A DNA stretch of 64,000 bases, from NCBI GenBank assembly GCA_043228905.1, contig JBHGNT010000015.1, positions 16,492,001 through 16,556,000 on the forward strand, read 5' to 3'. Below the pieces are notes generated by a model. It had not been told where the DNA came from. It ran no database searches and saw only the letters and a program-made list of their open reading frames with translations. Positions 61,089 through 64,000 of the stretch are shown piece by piece. Each line of letters opens with the position of its first letter. The stretch's first letter is position 1. The translations under genes were made by a program, and so were the position numbers. The stretch is from Azolla caroliniana (lineage: Eukaryota; Plantae; Polypodiophyta).

Positions 61089-64000
61089 AATTACGATAAA
61101 AAAAAAGAGAATGAGTAAGTTAGCCAAAAGTGGTTTAGAATAAGTGTTATTTAATTTAACGAAAATGTATTTGCAAAACAGGAGTAAGTGAACGGCTCTA
61201 TGTGGACTCCAACATGAAGTAATACAATGACTCGTGATATCGTCTTATATTGTAACAAGATGTGTCATTGGAATGTTCTACTATAGATATCTACGACGTC
61301 ACTTCACCACAAAAATGTCTTTAAGGAATGCTTAAAAAAGAACACTTGATGCAAAGAGTGACGATCATTTTACATGCAAATTAAAAAAATTTCATTCGTG
61401 TGAAGGAATATGAATTAAGGTAGCTACAAACTACTTGGCCAATAAAATCTTCATTGTACAAATGATCGTTGCCTTCACGTGGACCTAGTAAATGTTTAAG
61501 AACTAGAATGTGTCACTTCGCCGCAACAATATATGCCTTACACAATTGGCTACTTCAAATATATTTGAATATAATTTCAAAAGGTCTTCTTTGAGAAGCT
61601 ACATATTCATCTAAGGATATATAAAGTAGTTAGATGCATTCCGAGTTCCGAGGTTAGCTATGGCATTATGATCTTATTTTAACCCCAAAATAAAGCATGA
61701 TTGAGTAAACTTTTGAAGTTTGGGAAACCTAAGAATGCTCTATTCATCAAATACATCGAAATTTGGGAATCCAAGAAAGCTCACTCCAACAAATAAATGT
61801 TAAACGGTAAAGAGAAAGTATAAAGTTTAAACATTAACCCACATATTAAGGTTATTTCAAATGTGTACATTGTAATGTTGAAAACGTCAAAATTGTCCCT
61901 AGTAAAACAAGGCAAAGTAATTAATATATTTTAATGCTAAGGATGTAAGTGAAGGCGAAGCACAAGGACGATCCGAATACATTAGGTTTCCAACAAATGA
62001 GGTTAGCTAAATATAGAGGACAATTGGGTGACAGAGGAACAAATGAGGAAATGTACAATGTTGAGGAAGAAAACAAGTTGGTTTCAACATTCTTGAGATC
62101 CGAAGTGATACTAAAGATAGTGTCAAGGTTTTGCGATCTCGTTGTTCCGATTCACTTCCGTGGACCTCTCGTGCTCGCCCACCTCTATCATGTCCAATGT
62201 TCGCCAATCCTCATTTCGTCATTGTGGCGTCTTGAAACTCTTATCATCAGACATTTAATCTAGATTCTCCTAAATCTTATCTTCTCCTGTCAGCATTTTA
62301 CAGTCTTGTAATTGCTCAGTTCAATCCACTTTTCGTGAACCTTGCATCCATCCACCCATTCCCTCTTCATAGGTATGGTTGTCACTTGTTTTCGTCCATT
62401 TGGGATAGATATCCCTGAAGTTCTATCAATGTCTCAAAACAACATTATGGCGAAATGATGATTTCATTAAAAGTTGACCCCCATAACTACATCGACTTGT
62501 TTTCATCCATCAAGATGTTTTGAAGCTCTATCAAACATCTAAAACAAATTTAGAGGCAACGAATATCCTTAGAAGTTGACAACATCATCATAAGTTCACA
62601 CGCAAAAAAATGTGTTAGAATAGCCTTATTTACTCAATAATGGGCAACCCAATTGCAATGGTGAAAACTCAATTCTAGAGCCTTTGTAATGCTTTGGATT
62701 CTCTAACAATGTTAAATCTCGAACCAAAAATTTCTTTGAATATTTTGAAACTTGAAAGTGGTTCTTGATTTTCGGTATTATATTAATGCATACCAATTTG
62801 CCTCAATCTTGATTATTTCCAATGTGTCAAAAAGCTTGAAAGGTTCTTGATTTTTAAAGTATTATATGACTACATACTATAAACCTAAGTCTTTATTCTT
62901 GCCATTGCATCAACATAAGTATACGAATTCATTTCTTATAAACCAATGTTTGTAAATCATTCATAGGTAGTTGGGGTCCAAAGGTCAATTATATTATTTT
63001 CTCCTTTAATTTCTCGATAACATTGATTGAGTATATTTTGTACCAACATTAGAAGATCGGGCCTAAGGTTGAATAAAGGTGCGGATGGGCAGCCAAGAAG
63101 ATGAGATGCAGGGTGGGCAAATGAGAATGAGTGGATTTAGTACGGAGGATTCTCCAATGTGGAATAAGTTGAGGAAGATAGGATGAGGTAAGGGGAGCCT
63201 AGTTGCAGCCTATGAACTAAAGGCAAGAGTCAAGAAACAACACAAGGAGAAATGCAATGCAGGAGTTATGGATGGAACCTCGCATGATAGAGTGACTCTA
63301 TAGAATGATGAAGTTTATACAACCTCATAATTTTAGACTTCCCAATACAATCTCACAATTTTATGATCATCATTGCTTGGTGGGCAAGACATCATCATCT
63401 CTTCCTCTGACATCAACTTCTAGTAGAAGCAAGCTTGTGTCAACTAAAAGGGGGTGCATTGAATATTCTAGTGGGTTAGTCATTAGGTCGAACAACAACT
63501 TATTCTATATAAAGAACCTCAAAATGTATTCTCGAGCTAGTATTCTCTTCATCTAGTAATATGCATACATATTGATGTTACCCAAAAGTGGATTAGAATA
63601 AGTGTTATTTAATTTAACAAAAATGTATTTGCAAAACAGGAGTAAGTGAACGGCTCTATGTGGACTCCAACATGAAGTAATACAATGACTCATGATATAG
63701 TCTTATATTGTAACAAGATGTGTCGTTGGAATGTTCTACTATAAATATCTACGACGTCACTTCACCACAAAAATGCCTTTAAACAATGCTTAAAAAAGAA
63801 CACTTGATGCAAGAGTGACAATCATTTTATGTGCAAATTAAAAATTTCTCATACGTGTGAAGGAATATGAATTAAGGTAGCTACAAACTACTTGGCCAAT
63901 AAAATCTTCATTGTACAAATGATCGTTGCCTTCACGTGGACCTAGTAAATGTTTAAGAACTAGAATGTGTCACTTCGCCGCAACAATATATGCCTTACAC

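Larger units (their letters stand above)
57685..64000 (+). repeat. Tandem segmental duplication: 57685-59142 matches 62129-63580, and 61124 onward matches 63582-64000
   Basis: Colinear similarity by eye, including twin ORFs 58867..59049 and 63305..63556. Confidence 0.9.

Overview
Repeat-rich land-plant nuclear DNA; no prokaryotic operon or CRISPR system is present. There are two host genes. One is a spliced coiled-coil protein gene at 98-1636 (+), with a probable GC-AG intron. The other is a complete 4-exon ICK/KRP cyclin-dependent kinase inhibitor at 55116-56213 (-). Between them lie about 50 kb of transposons, most with boundaries fixed by target-site duplications (TSDs). In order: a decayed Gypsy; a first nest (5-25 kb) of decayed Ty1/copia elements, solo LTRs and tRNA-Trp-primed Gypsy-like elements; a 5'-truncated L1 LINE; a small hAT-type element; and a second three-level copia nest (30896-52536). 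The second nest holds one intact element with identical LTRs and a sister copy broken by a single nonsense codon. The window ends in a multi-kb tandem duplication. Three observations stand out. (1) A tRNA-Trp-primed LTR group (terminus TGTCGTGAA) makes 4-bp TSDs with a central CpG at all four insertions seen. (2) Inverted-repeat arms around fixed 8-nt spacers co-vary at the TATA region of diverged Tork-like LTRs. (3) One copia has a duplicated PPT and a read-through acidic, Cys/His-containing Pol extension. All calls were made by eye; no alignments or database searches were run.
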